64,000 nucleotides of DNA. Origin: Octopus vulgaris. Taxonomy: Eukaryota. The stretch spans positions 20,956,001 to 21,020,000 of the forward strand of contig OX597815.1 of the NCBI GenBank assembly GCA_951406725.2, in the 5' to 3' direction. The notes under the pieces are model-generated. The model was not told the origin of the DNA and made no database searches. It saw only the letters and a program-made list of their open reading frames with translations. The translations under genes and the position numbers were made by a program. Positions 12,090-26,379 of the stretch are shown piece after piece. Each line of letters opens with the position of its first letter. Position 1 is the first letter of the stretch.

Positions 12090-12692
12090 ATTTATTTCTT
12101 TATTGCCTGCAGGGGGCTACACATAGAGGGGACAACCAAGGACAGACAAAGGGATTAAGTCGATTACATCGACCCCAGTGCGTAACTAGTGCTTATTTAA
12201 TCGACCCCGAAAGGATGAAAGGCAAAGTCGACCGACGGAATTTGAACTCAGAACGAAAAGCCGGCAGACGAAATACCTATTTCTTTACTACCCACAAGGA
12301 GCTAAACACAGAGGGGATAAACAAGGACAGACAAACGGATTATGTCGATTACATCGACCCCAGTACGTAACTGGTACTTCATTTATCGACCCCGAAAGAA
12401 TGAAAGGCAAAGTCGACGTCGGCGGAATTTGAACTCAGAACGAAAAACCGGCCGACGGAATACCTATTTCTTTACTACCCACAAGGAGCTAAACACAGAG
12501 GGGACAAACAAGGACAGACAAACGGATTATGTCGATTACATCGACCCCAGTGCGTAACTGGTACTTAGTTTATCGACCCCGAAAGGATGTAAGGCAAAGT
12601 CGACCTCGGCGGAATTTGAACTCAGAACGTAACGGCAGACGAAATACGGCTAAGCATTTCGCCCGGCGTACAAACGATTCTGCCGGCTCGCC
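12090..12692 (-). mobile_element. SINE family B tandem trimer
   Basis: Head at 12660-12692; three ~187-bp units with the same junction (plus strand GAAATACCTATTTCTTT at 12271 and GGAATACCTATTTCTTT at 12457). Confidence 0.9.
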
Positions 12693-12947
12693 GCATATAT
12701 TGACTTCTTTCTTTGAAAAATTGATAGTTTAAACAGTCCTTAGAATGCTTCTGGTTTTTATTTCATTGATAGACGAGCCCAACACACACACACTTCACAC
12801 TTTCTGAGCGCAACACGGTTCGGAGATTCAAAGACTATTTTGGCAGTCGACATTGGCAGAAGTTCAAAACTGAAATATTATCAAATACTTTGGACAGGCT
12901 AGCATTTCTATCTAACTGTTCAACATAACATCCAATATTCAAATATA

Positions 12948-13345
12948 TCTTTATATATAAAAGTGAGGTTGTGTGCTGTCTGTCTCCTACGATTTAGATT
13001 CCTAACTACTCCCACATTTTGCGGTGCAGTTTAACCAAAACCGGGTATCTTATAGTCGTGATTCATATCGAGCCCTTCTGGGTATTAGCGCGCGTCTACG
13101 ATGAGTCTATGATTTTAAAAAAATTTACTTTCAATTTTTCCCATTTTTAATGCATTTTTGGCATATATAAGGGAAGTAACTCTCTAAAAATTTATTATTA
13201 AATCTCAGAACGTAAAAAGGTACAGTAACACCCCCCCCCCTTCGTGGCTAACCATATTGAGATGGCTATTATACTTTACATCTCTAAAAATGCTTATATA
13301 GTTATTTCCCTTACAAACCCGAGCAACGCCGGGCGATACTGCTAG
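12948..13345 (+). mobile_element. Non-autonomous Helitron family 1
   Basis: A|TCTTTATATATAAAAGTGAGG ... CCCGAGCAACGCCGGGCGATACTGCTAG|T. Confidence 0.9.
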
Positions 13346-13708
13346 TCAAGTATAAAGAAAGTAGAAACGGTGCAGTTATCATGTTTGATATACAGTGTAT
13401 GGTTCGGTATTAAAGAAATCGTATTTCAGATCTTGTTAGGTTCGACTCACATAATTCCAGAAATGAAGTATGAACCAATAAACAGGTTTAGAAGCTTTGA
13501 CAGAAGTAGCGGGAAAATGTTTATCAAATGACACGCTACCATCTTGAAAAATGAAGACATACTGGATAATGTAGCCTTAGATAGCAATAAGAAAAAGAAG
13601 TGATGGCCATGATTAGAACAACTTTGATCACAGATCTATTTTCTCGGAACTGACCTGGAGTTTAACAACAACCATGGTAACAACTAAACTCAGTTATCTA
13701 TACAAATA

Positions 13709-14093
13709 CGGGCGAAATGCATAGCCGTATTTCGTCTGTCGTTACGTTCCGTGTTCAAATTCCGCCGAGGTCGACTTTGCCTTTCATCCTTTCGGGGTCG
13801 ATAAATTAAGTACCAGTTACGCACTGGGGTCGATGTAATCGACTTAATCCCTTTGTCTGTCCTTGTTTGACCCCTCTATGTTTAGCCCCTTGTGGGTAGT
13901 AAAGAAATAGGTATTTCGTCTGTCTTTACGTTGTAAGTTCAAATTCCGCCGAGGTCGACTTTGCCCTTCATCCTCTCGGGGTCGATAAATTAAGTATCAG
14001 TTACGCACTGGGGTCGATGTAATCGACTTTATCCGTTTGTCTGTCCTTGTTTGTCCCCTCTGTGTTTAGCCCCTTGTGGGTAGTAAAGAAATA
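13709..14093 (+). mobile_element. SINE family B tandem dimer, 5'-clipped
   Basis: Two ~187-bp units joined at AAAGAAATA/GGTATTTCGTC (13901-13920). Confidence 0.9.
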
Positions 14094-14206
14094 TATATAA
14101 ATTTAAGACTTAATATGGAATGGTTATATATTTGTGTCAGTCTCTCTCACTCTTTTTCTCTTACTTCCCCTCTCTTTCTCTCGATCATTGTGTGTGTATG
14201 TATGTG

Positions 14207-14283
<77 letters not shown>

Positions 14284-14824
14284 TCTGTGTGCCTGTTACT
14301 GTGTGTTCGTGCGTGTTCGTGTGCTTTTTAAGAAGACAATAAACACCAAGTATCCCTCCTCGGCAAAATTGCCTTTTTTTCTATTGTGGACTACGATCAC
14401 CCCATCAGAGTTTACTGCTTACAGCCTTCTTGCTTACAGCTCTCTGCTCCTAGCTCGCACATGTGGTGAACCGGGTCGAAACCAACTGAATCTCCGCAGA
14501 AGATCTCTCCACCGTTACACATCTCAAATAAGTGCTTCGTAACTTCAGGCAACATTGCCACCGGTAGGCTACTGAGATACACTGTGTAATCCCACCTTCA
14601 TGAATGTGCTCTGTCATCCATCACACACAACCTTGACGTCACATGGTTAAATCCAGGTAGTTAAGGCGATTTCTGACAGACTGCATTTCCGGGAAGCTTC
14701 CTCCTTTTTCCTACAAGTTACCGCTGGTCTGGGGTTCGAAACTACATTCTTACGATCGTAGCGCGTAAGGGGTGATGTGTATGTATGCATATATATATAG
14801 AGAGAGCCATGATTATACATGTTG

Positions 14825-15270
<446 letters not shown>

Positions 15271-15852
15271 TGGTTACATACTTTTAGTTAGATAAAAATG
15301 AGTAACTTTTAAATGCATAAAAGCTCCCAGCATTAATTGCATTGAACGTCTCAGTCTCAATGAGTGGTCTAATATTTATTGTAAAAATATGAACGGTGAC
15401 GCTGCAGTTATGCAAGAGTGTGGCTTCTTCAGTTTGAATGAACCGCACACTCGATAAATGCTCGAAGTCATTGCCTTTATTAATAAGGCTCTTGATTTCC
15501 CTAGTGTAATCCATGAGCCCCAGCGAATACCAATATTTTGAATGAAGCAACATAGGAAATGTGGTACCCAGATCAACGCAAGTGAAAGTTTAGGCTTAAT
15601 TTTTGTATAAATATCTTTTTAGACGTGTTTTATCATACCTATATTTTCTTTTGTGTATTAACATTTTTGTTCAGAATTCGTTCAGTTACATATACATAAA
15701 TTGAATAACGCCTTTCCCCCTACCCCCGTGTGTGTATACCTTCTCCTTCCCATCCCACACGTGTGCGTATGATCCCGGTTTACATTTTCCAAAATATTCT
15801 ACTTATATATCTTCGAGCCTACGTGGGTAATACACGTAGATATTTGTATATA

Positions 15853-15911
<59 letters not shown>

Positions 15912-15918
15912 TATATAT

Positions 15919-15980
<62 letters not shown>

Positions 15981-16244
15981 ATAAGCATACATACATACAT
16001 ACATATACATACAAACACACACACATACGAAACCATAATGATATCCGTGGGGCAGCTGATAATAGAGGTACGTTTGTTGGTATGGCTGTTTTTTTGTATA
16101 TATTATAACACATCATTTTGATATATATATAATATATAATACCAATATATATATATATATATATATACATACATACATACATACATACATACATACATAC
16201 ATACATACATACATACATACATACATACGTACATATATACATAC

Positions 16245-16291
<47 letters not shown>

Positions 16292-17080
16292 TTATGGGGA
16301 TATATAAACCTCTTATAGCGATAGTTTTATCCAAGTTACACTGGTTTAATATAATATAATTTGAAGACAGAATTCTTCAGTAAATATATTATACAAATAC
16401 CAACTATTATTAAATTAGAAAATGGAAAGATATAATGGATATAACTTCTTACGGGTCTATATAATCCCGCCGGAGATCTGCATGGTCTGTAGCATAGGTG
16501 ACAGACGAAAGTTGGAACTTACTATGTACGTCCAACAGGTTAGGTCTGCACACGTCGCCAGTCTTCTATCGTGGTAGGACTTTCAGTAGATCGGATGATA
16601 AATGAGGCCGCCAGAAAGAGACATCTATACGTCATACGGTTATAATGGTAAGCGTTTGCACAATACGAGTATCAATCTCTGAGACTCCGTGATTAATGAC
16701 TAGGAAACAAGTCGAAGCGAGATGACCAGTAATCACGCATGTTTTACTCAGAGTTTGCTTTTCCCAAAAAGAATGCTGTCACAATGGCTAACGATCCCAA
16801 TGATTTTACTGCGCGCCCTGACACCTACCAAGGATATTTCTGCGACCCCGGGCTCAGAATGTCATCACATGAGTTAGTTGGCCCGGTGGAGTAGCAAGAA
16901 GGTGTTACTCCTCTGGTTCAGAGTAGACCGCCGGAATTCTCAAACTAGATCTCCACTACAAGTTGTAGTTTGAATTCATGCCAATGTATATATGTGTAAG
17001 TGTGTGTGTTTATGTATATATACATATATATAATACACACACACACACATATATATATATATGTATATATATACATATGC

Positions 17081-17256
<176 letters not shown>

Positions 17257-18319
17257 AATATATATATATAACACACACAGAGAGTGGGTGATGAAAAAGA
17301 GATAGAATTAAAGAATGGATGGAGAGCGGGAGATATAGCGAGGAAGAAGGAGAGATAGTTAATTAGGTTGTGCGCTTATGTGTGTATATGTGCGTGCGTG
17401 CGTGCGTGTGTGTGTGTGTGTGTGTGTGTGCGTGTGTGTGTGTGTCTTTGTGTATGTGTGTGTGTGTGTGTATGTGTGTGTGTGTATGTGTGTGTGCGTA
17501 GTTTATGTTGATTTTATTACTCCCATGAAAACACCTAATTTTTCTAACTTGTTTCTCTGTACTCATAATTTCTTTTCCGTGTTAGAGAGAATAAATTCCA
17601 ACAAGTTCATATTTGTAATTTTGGAACATGAAAAAAAAAAAAAAAAAAAAAAAAAAAATAAATAAATAAATAAAGAAAAAAAATTAAGAAAAATAAAGAA
17701 AAATGTTTAGTTCTTTCTGGAAGGTGAATAATCAGGAAAAGAATGAAGATACCAATATTCAGTGTCGAAACTAGTGTTGAGAAAATTCCAACCTAATATT
17801 TGAAGATCAGTGTATGACTCAGACAACTGTAACTTCGTCTCAAAGATGGGCGGATCTACATTTTGGTCCTCCCTGACTGGTTTGGAACTGTTATTTCACG
17901 TGAAATTCGCGCACGTTCAATGCGTCTGTCTGTCTATCTGTCTATCTGTCTGTTAGACTCTCGGTATGTCTGTTACATCAGTATGTATACGCATCCATGT
18001 GTGTGAGTGTGTGTGACCATGTATGTGTGCATGTGTGGGCATATGAAAGTGTGTCTGTATGTGTTTGTTTTATTGTGTGTATGTAAGTGTTTGTGTGTGT
18101 GTGCGTATATGTGTGTCTGTTGATCGGGAACTTCCTATTATATGACAGCTAGTTGTTAAAAGATATTGAAACGAAAATAAGTTAATGTATTTTCAAAGGG
18201 TTTCGTAAGACGTTTTATAATGATAATTATCCTCGGTAATATTTGTTGACACATTAACACGCACGTATATGTATGCGTGTGTGTGCACGTATATATGTGT
18301 ATGTCTGTGTGTATTTGTG

Positions 18320-18400
<81 letters not shown>

Positions 18401-18558
18401 ATATATATATGTGTATATATATGTCTGTATAAATCCATACACTATAGTCAGAAACAGACATACATATGCATATATACATCTATACGTGTGTGTGTGGGTG
18501 TGTATATTAAATATCATATATATATATATTACATATATATTACATATATATACATATA

Positions 18559-18646
<88 letters not shown>

Positions 18647-18849
18647 TATGTACACTTTTATACACACATCTATGTATTAAATGCATATAACTATAGATAC
18701 ATATACACACATCGATCCATAGATACATGCATACACGCATATACGTGTGTTTGTGTATATGTTTAGGAACTATCGCTATTGCTATTTACTGATTATGACA
18801 CATCCTCCTAATGACGAAAATATTTTCAATAACCCAAGAATTTATCTCG

Positions 18850-19530
18850 TATGGTATTTGATATGTCTGTATTAGGCAATGTTGTTCATATGCACACCGT
18901 TGGCCACTCTGAGGTATTTCTAGTAGCTAACTTATGTTTAATGTATGCAAATTACCTAGGCCATCAGCCTGTTCTACTGCTTTTGTACATGTCTATGCTC
19001 CTTGACTGATGAGGCCTACTGAGGCCTCTCAACTCCAGATAATAAGCCTGCTCTTTTCTTTAGTGGTACGTTAACTTTGAAGAATTCTAGATTCTCGAGA
19101 TTGTCTTCCCTTCTGATATGAAGCACATCTTAATTACAGTTTGGCAATTATGAAGCGGCTAAAAGAAGCGGAGATAATTTTAACAAATCAATAATTCATA
19201 TTGTATGGCGTTTGTCACACATGTATTTGTCCATATTGTTCATATATATATACATATATTATGCTGGCCACTCTGAGTTATTTCTCTTAGCTTGTTTTTG
19301 ATATATAATGCCTTTTCGACATACACTTTATATATATATATATATATATCAATAATGACTTTCTTACTGTTACTGCTTTCCTGTATATTGGACAAATGTA
19401 ATTCTTACCCGCACTCCCAAAATATATTGCACTCCATATTCAAGGCTCCGATGAAGCTATAGGGTATTATTCAGACACTCAACATCAAGTCCACTGCATC
19501 CTGTTGCAGAAACAGCTGTAACCTAATGAA
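18850..19530 (+). mobile_element. Decayed tandem pLTR-like repeat pair, each unit ending in a hammerhead-like motif
   Basis: GTATGG...TTGTTCATAT...TGGCCACTCTGAG(G/T)TATTTCT at 18850-18921 and 19203-19285. CTGATGA at 19006; CCGATGA...GAAACAGCTGTA at 19448-19520. Confidence 0.5.
19443..19524 (+). ncRNA. Degenerate hammerhead motif with long stem II loop
   Basis: AGGCT-CCGATGA-A-GCTATAGGGT-[loop]-ATCCTGTTGC-A-GAAA-CAGCTG-TA-ACCT. U4 is changed to C; stem II pairs 9 of 10 including G-U. Confidence 0.55.
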
Positions 19531-19570
19531 GTTCATAATACTATTGTTTTTCGTGTGCCATTTTTTTCCT

Positions 19571-19723
<153 letters not shown>

Positions 19724-19725
19724 AT

Positions 19726-19950
19726 AGGGAAGGTTTACGAAAATAAACAAAAGACGAAGGCAGGTGGAGTACAAACAAACAAATGTATTAGTATGGCGCT
19801 CAGGAATAGAAATAGAAAAAGTCTTTTACGTTTTGAGCCAACGCTCTTCGACAGAAAGATACACAGAAAAAAACAAGGAGAGAAACAAGGAGAGAAAAAA
19901 AGGAGAGAAAAAAAGGAGAGAGAAAAGGAGAGAAAAAAGGAGAGAAAAAA
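19726..19950 (-). mobile_element. pLTR-like repeat (family H2-related) with degenerate hammerhead at 19823-19859
   Basis: Minus strand TCTTT-CTGTCGA-A-GAGC-GTTG-GCTC-AAAA-CG-TA-AAAGA: stems intact, two core substitutions. Shares CGCTCAGGAA with 26052 and 53003. Confidence 0.55.
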
Positions 19951-20024
19951 ATATATATATACATACATACATACATCCACACACATACAAACACACACAC
20001 ACATATAGATAGATAGATAGATAT

Positions 20025-20118
<94 letters not shown>

Positions 20119-20391
20119 GTGCTTATGGGGTGGAGTATACAACTAACTAACACACGGAGAATACATGGGTTAATTGAGGGCTTAAAGTGTGGTGCCAAGT
20201 CACTTTTCAAACTTGCGTTTGTTTGTTTCTATGTATTCCTTTCTTCGTGTTTCGTGTGTTTGTATACCTGTGCACTTGTGTACCTGTGCACCTGTGCACA
20301 AACACACATGAATGTAGGTATATATACATGTTTTTGTGTCTGTGTATGCATTTCTGTGTGTGCATACATACATACATACATATATATACAT

Positions 20392-20426
<35 letters not shown>

Positions 20427-20579
20427 GGTATGTGTGTGCTATATATATGTACTTATATATGTATAAGAATTTATCTCGATTGTCCGACGAAGAGGAGCAT
20501 GAAACTCTGAGTAACAGTTCTCTGATAATATTGCAGCTTTACTAAAATGTGTGTGTCATATATATATATATATGTGTGT

Positions 20580-20643
<64 letters not shown>

Positions 20644-20646
20644 ATG

Positions 20647-20677
<31 letters not shown>

Positions 20678-21022
20678 TGCTTTTATTTGAAAAGGATTGT
20701 TCTGGAAGCACTCCATATTCAGCTATAAAAATTAGCACTTGGATATTGGGTTGAAAAAATCTTTTCGACGAAAAAATTCGAAATTAAATATTCAACCCAA
20801 TATTCAATATTTACAAACCATTTTTTATAACTGCATGCAATGTGCTTCGAGAACAGTTAGTCTCAAAAAGAATTCTTTCCCATTCTCTCGAATGATTGTT
20901 GAATTCTTATGACGTCAACAATATGCATATTTGTGTGTGTAGATATATATATAAAAACGAGTGAGACAAAAGTATATACATAGAAATATATGCAAGAATA
21001 TATATGAATTTTATATTTGTTT

Positions 21023-21334
21023 CAGTAGTTCTCAACCAGTGCTGATATAGCCCCCGAGGGAATGTCCATATAAAATTTATGGGGGTCTACGCAACAAAAA
21101 ATAAATTGGGAATCCACAATAGTATTCTAAGGGCCCCTGAAAAATTCTGCTTTAGATATATGTATTGGTATGTTTCGCCAGAAAGAGCTAGGTTCCTTTT
21201 CTAACATGTTAGACAGTTCAGCCTACCCAGTTCAACCTAATTTGAAAAACAAAATAGTTTTTAAGCATCGGACGGTTATGGAAGTCCTAATGAAAGGGGT
21301 CTAAAGATAAAAAAAAAATGGTCGAGAATAGCTG
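21023..21334. mobile_element. Old hAT (Charlie-type) MITE
   Basis: Ends CAGTAGTTCTCAACC / GGTCGAGAATAGCTG resemble the CAGTGGTTCTCAACC TIR; internal GGGGTC motifs; 8-bp TSD not preserved. Confidence 0.6.
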
Positions 21335-21592
21335 TTTTAGTTGGATGGATGAATGGATGGATGGATGGAATATGTGTACTTCCAAATAACTACAGTATTA
21401 CCTTAAAAGTTGATATTTCTGCGACCTAAAATCTGGAATAAATATATCGGAAAAATAATTATCGGCAAACTACAGGTTGTTTGAAAAACTAAGTGGTGAA
21501 GAACGCTTAGTAGCATGGTTTACGTAGAATAAGGCGTATTTCAGATTTTGGAAAGGTACAAAACCTCAAGAAATATATTCAAAATATATTTG

Positions 21593-21643
<51 letters not shown>

Positions 21644-22059
21644 CTGTGTCAGTATGGACAACGAACGTTACATGATAATGATTAATGATGATAATGATGA
21701 TATATATATTGTTGTATTTCGGGATGGCCATATTTTTTAGCCGAATATGTATATATATATACACACATACATATATATGCATGTCAGGATGTAGCTATTT
21801 GGTATATATATGTATGTGTCTGTATGTGTGTATGCGTGTGTGTGTAGATAGATATATATATTCATGAATATATATGTTATATTTCTATATGGAAACACAC
21901 TCGAATACAAGGACATGTATGTGTGCATGTGTGTACGTGTATGCCTGTACACGAGTGTGTGTGTATGTGAGCGTACGTTGCCCGCGTGTGTGTGTGTGTA
22001 TGTGTGTGTATGTGTGCGTGCGTATGCGTGTGCATGTACGTGTGTGTGTGTGCGTATGC

Positions 22060-22133
<74 letters not shown>

Positions 22134-22329
22134 TGAATATAATTTGCAGTATTCGAGCTAACTGGCTTTACCTTTTTGGTTCTAGTGAAAGCAAGATAGA
22201 ACAAATGACAGGAGACGGAATAAGGGTGACTGGAGCGTGTCAGTTGGAGAGAGAGAAGCCGGAGAAAGAGAACGCGTGTCTTGTGTATGCTTATTTGTTT
22301 ATATACGTATGTGTGTGTATATATATGTG

Positions 22330-22360
<31 letters not shown>

Positions 22361-22430
22361 AGATATATATATATATATATGTAGATATATATATACGTGT
22401 ATATATATATATGTATATATATGTATATAT

Positions 22431-22500
<70 letters not shown>

Positions 22501-22525
22501 GAGTTGTATCCATGTATAGATATAT

Positions 22526-22601
<76 letters not shown>

Positions 22602-23984
22602 TACATATATGTGTGGGTGTGGATATGCTCATGCCTGTGTGTGTTTGTGTGTACATCTTTTACTTCTTTCAGTTACTGGATTGTGGCCATGCTGGGGCAC
22701 CGCCTTGAATTTTTAGTCGAATGAGTCGACGCCCTATTCATGATATATGTGTGTGTGTGTGAGTCCGTCTACTTGTGTGTATATGTGTGTGCGTATGTGT
22801 GTGCGTATGTGTGTGCGTGACACACACACATTACACATTACACACACATACACCGATCTAGACTGTGAACGTATTTTGTATACATAAATACGAGAAATTT
22901 CTCTTGTTTTTGTTTTATTTTTATTTTATTTCGTCTTACTTGCTTCCCAGTGTCGTCTGTGTGTAGCTGAGAAATGAGAGAGAGAGAGAGCAATCGAACA
23001 AACAGCGAGGGGAGTTTCGTGAGAAAAAGACTTGCAATTTGTGCAAGTGGAGGATAAGGAAAGCAGAAGAGGATGCGACGACAGTGGGAGACAGAGATAG
23101 AGCGAAAGAGAGCAAGAAAAGAATAAACAACGAACGAGAGAACGAGAGAGAGAGTAAGAGAGAGTGAGAGCGAGAGAATGAGAGAGTGTGAGAGACATGC
23201 TGAGATGTTTGTGCACCTTGTTATTTCGTGTAAACCTAGAAGTATACGGAAGTATGGCAAAATATCTCTACTACAAGTTATAAATGAACTGTGGTGAAAA
23301 GGAGGTGTGTCTTAAACGCTTCACATGACGGTGTCTCCTCTAAGAAGGAACTTATAATATGAATGCAAATCCTGTATATCTATATATATTTCTTTCTCTG
23401 TTTTCTTTACTCTCACATTTTTTTTCCTTCTTGTTATTACTGTTGTTGTTTTCCTTAAGGCAAATAAACTCCTCCTTCACCTCCACTTTCTCCACCTAAC
23501 TATTTCGTTTTTTTTTTTTTTCACCTTTTTCCCCTTTATTTTTCCTCCTCCCCTTCAATTTCGTTTTCCCCTAATTACATTTTTTGAAATGTCACTTATC
23601 GACACATTTCTTATTTTGCTTCGCCTTTTAATGTTTACCATCGAAGTCCTTTCATCACCCTCTCACTACTACCACTTTAAGGGTTTTCGCTATTTCAAAT
23701 TATTCTAATTTTTTTCCCCCTTCTTTTGAATTCTGTTCTACAAAAAAGAAATTTCATTTCATATATGTGTGTATGTGACTGTGTGTGCACGTATGTATTT
23801 ATGTACGTATGTATACTGTTAACCTATAAAAATTATCTCTTCTCATACCACAAATCATATATTTTATTATTCTCTTCTTTCTTATGATCATTAGTTATTT
23901 ACTGGGTTTTTATAATGTAATAATTATATTTATATTATAGTTTTCACATGTAATTTTTTCATTAAAAAAATATTATCATCATTA

Positions 23985-24045
<61 letters not shown>

Positions 24046-24282
24046 GTTATTATTATGTTCTCTACCTAATTGTAGATTTTTGCTCTTTCCTTTAATCTAG
24101 CTAGTTTATTAAGAAGCCGTCTTGTCATCGCCTTTTCGAATTTTTGCAATAATTTCGAAAAAATTACTTCCCAAGATTTAAAAGCTAATCTTCGGCTGAC
24201 TCACAAAAAGCAGAAAAGCAGGATTTGTGGCCACCCCCCACCCCCACACACAAACACAAACATAGACACACGCAAAATTTAC

Positions 24283-24341
<59 letters not shown>

Positions 24342-24569
24342 TATATGACACGAAATTTCAGGTTCAGTTCCATGGTGCTGCAACTTGGCTTCTACTATAG
24401 CCCCAGGCTGACCAGTAGCCATGTCAGTAAATTTACGTGTGTGGGAAGAGGTCTTTGTGTGTGTCTGTGTGTTGATGTATGTATGTATACATTAATATAT
24501 ATCTCTGATATATTTATGTGTGTGTGTATACATGGAGAGGAGAGAGATATATACACTAATATCTACATA

Positions 24570-24633
<64 letters not shown>

Positions 24634-24673
24634 TATATACAGCTTATATACAAATTTTTGTGTATGTGTGTGC

Positions 24674-24773
<100 letters not shown>

Positions 24774-25084
24774 TATAAGAAAGCAGTCATGAAATAATAT
24801 CGAATCAATGTACTAAGCGATGCAATGACTAAACAGAAAATTTAAACCAATTTTAAAATCAGTGTTGTTGTTGCCCTCCATTCTTCTGATCAAAGACCCT
24901 CCAACCGTCATTATTTTAGCTTATGCTTGTGGATCTGCTGTCAAATGCATCCAACATTTCGAGTATTACAGTGTGTAATTTGTAATAAATTAAACTGTTA
25001 GTACTAGTAACTCAAACGTCCAATAGAGGCTCCCATGCCACCTTCCAATTTTAAGTTACTCAGCAGTGTTTCTTTTATTATAAA

Positions 25085-25735
25085 AATAATAATGAAATTA
25101 TTGTATACAGTACTCAGGTGCACCACCACTTGTCAAAAGTGCATATAAAGCGTATGCAGTAATATACAAATGTCTGGGAAGTGAACAGTGTATGAGTCAG
25201 ATACATGCTTGCATGTGTATGGAGGGGAGAAAATCAGGTGTAGTGTTGGCGAATCTCAGGAAGCATGGACGTTTAGAAGGATGCAGTGCTCCAACAACTA
25301 ACAACTGATGCCGGCAGTTTGTTCCATGCTTCAGCAACTCTTAGCGTGAAAAAATGTTTCCGAAAGTCATGGGAGCTGTGCTGTTTTCTGACTTTGTAAA
25401 CATGTCCAAGGGTGTTAGACAGGTGGAGTTTGAAAAGGTTCTCAGAGTCATTGTTTGTAAGATGGTTAATAGTTTTATGGGTGTCTGCCAAGTCAGCTGC
25501 CAGACGTTGGAGTTTCAATGTATCCATGCCCAGGGAAGTAGGGCGTTCAAAATATGGCAAAATATTGTTTGGATCCCACTGAGCTCTGATGGACAGACAC
25601 ATGGACAGAAATATTTTAAAGTGACTATACAGTCTTTACTTCAGGTTGTCTATACAGGGTTAATGCTTCAGATGCATCCTTCTTTTATATGAAAGCAGAG
25701 AACCTGATTTGAGGCAAATTATGATGTTCCTTTCT
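25085..25735 (-). mobile_element. CR1/L2-group LINE 3' fragment
   Basis: ORF 25273-25602: LKLQRLAADL...NTLGHVYKVRK...RKHFFTLRVAEAWNKLPASVV, a typical post-RT C-terminus. 3' UTR and (ATT)n tail near 25085. Confidence 0.85.
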
Positions 25736-25821
25736 AGCAGCTCGATCGACCTTTTAAACGAGATTGACATGAAATAGTTTTAATTAATAAACTGATTGCA
25801 AAAACAATATATGTACATATA

Positions 25822-25884
<63 letters not shown>

Positions 25885-25975
25885 GTACGTATAGACATGC
25901 ATACATACATATATTCATACATATACGCACGCGCGCACACACACATACACATATGCATGCATATGTATATATATA

Positions 25976-26192
25976 AAGTTAATCTAAACATGAACGCACA
26001 AAGAGAAAACACAACAACGCGAGGACGTGGAACAAATATAGTGTTATTGGACGCTCAGGAAAGGAAAGAAAGAAGGAGGATTTAACGCTTCGAGCGGAGC
26101 TCTTCGTCAGAAACATAGAAAAAGGAAAGATCCAAGGAAGGGAAGACGAAGGAAAAAAATCGCCAACGATACACACGCGGTCACATTTTGAA
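25976..26192 (-). mobile_element. pLTR-like repeat family H2 inserted in (TA)n
   Basis: Homologous to 52926-53040; contains the hammerhead at 26081-26113; TA-rich flanks. Confidence 0.7.
26081..26113 (-). ncRNA. Minimal type-I hammerhead ribozyme motif
   Basis: Minus strand TTT-CTGACGA-A-GAGC-TCC-GCTC-GAAG-CG-TT-AAA. Stem I TTT/AAA; stem II GAGC/GCTC; A15.1 is changed to G. Confidence 0.65.
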
Positions 26193-26379
26193 TATATATA
26201 CATATATATATACAAGTGCGCTTGAATGAATGTGGGTGAAATTCCAACTAATATTGGAGGGAATCATTGACTTATAATGATTTATAATTAGCATCATGTA
26301 CCGAATGCTCTTTTTGGTGATTTGTATAGCTGAGCGTATACCCACTCCAATTGTGAAGAACCTTCTCTAAGAACCGAGT

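Noticed and set aside
20481-20516. Hammerhead-like TGT-CCGACGA-AGAG..CTCT-GA-GTA-ACA
   Set aside because: The GAAA core is deleted and U4 is altered; counted only as a possible relic, not annotated as a ribozyme.
22930-23300. GA-rich complex segment with a possible minus-strand splice donor; similar segment at 10320-10800
   Set aside because: Could be regulatory or UTR sequence, but the donor is weak and there is no ORF or paired acceptor.
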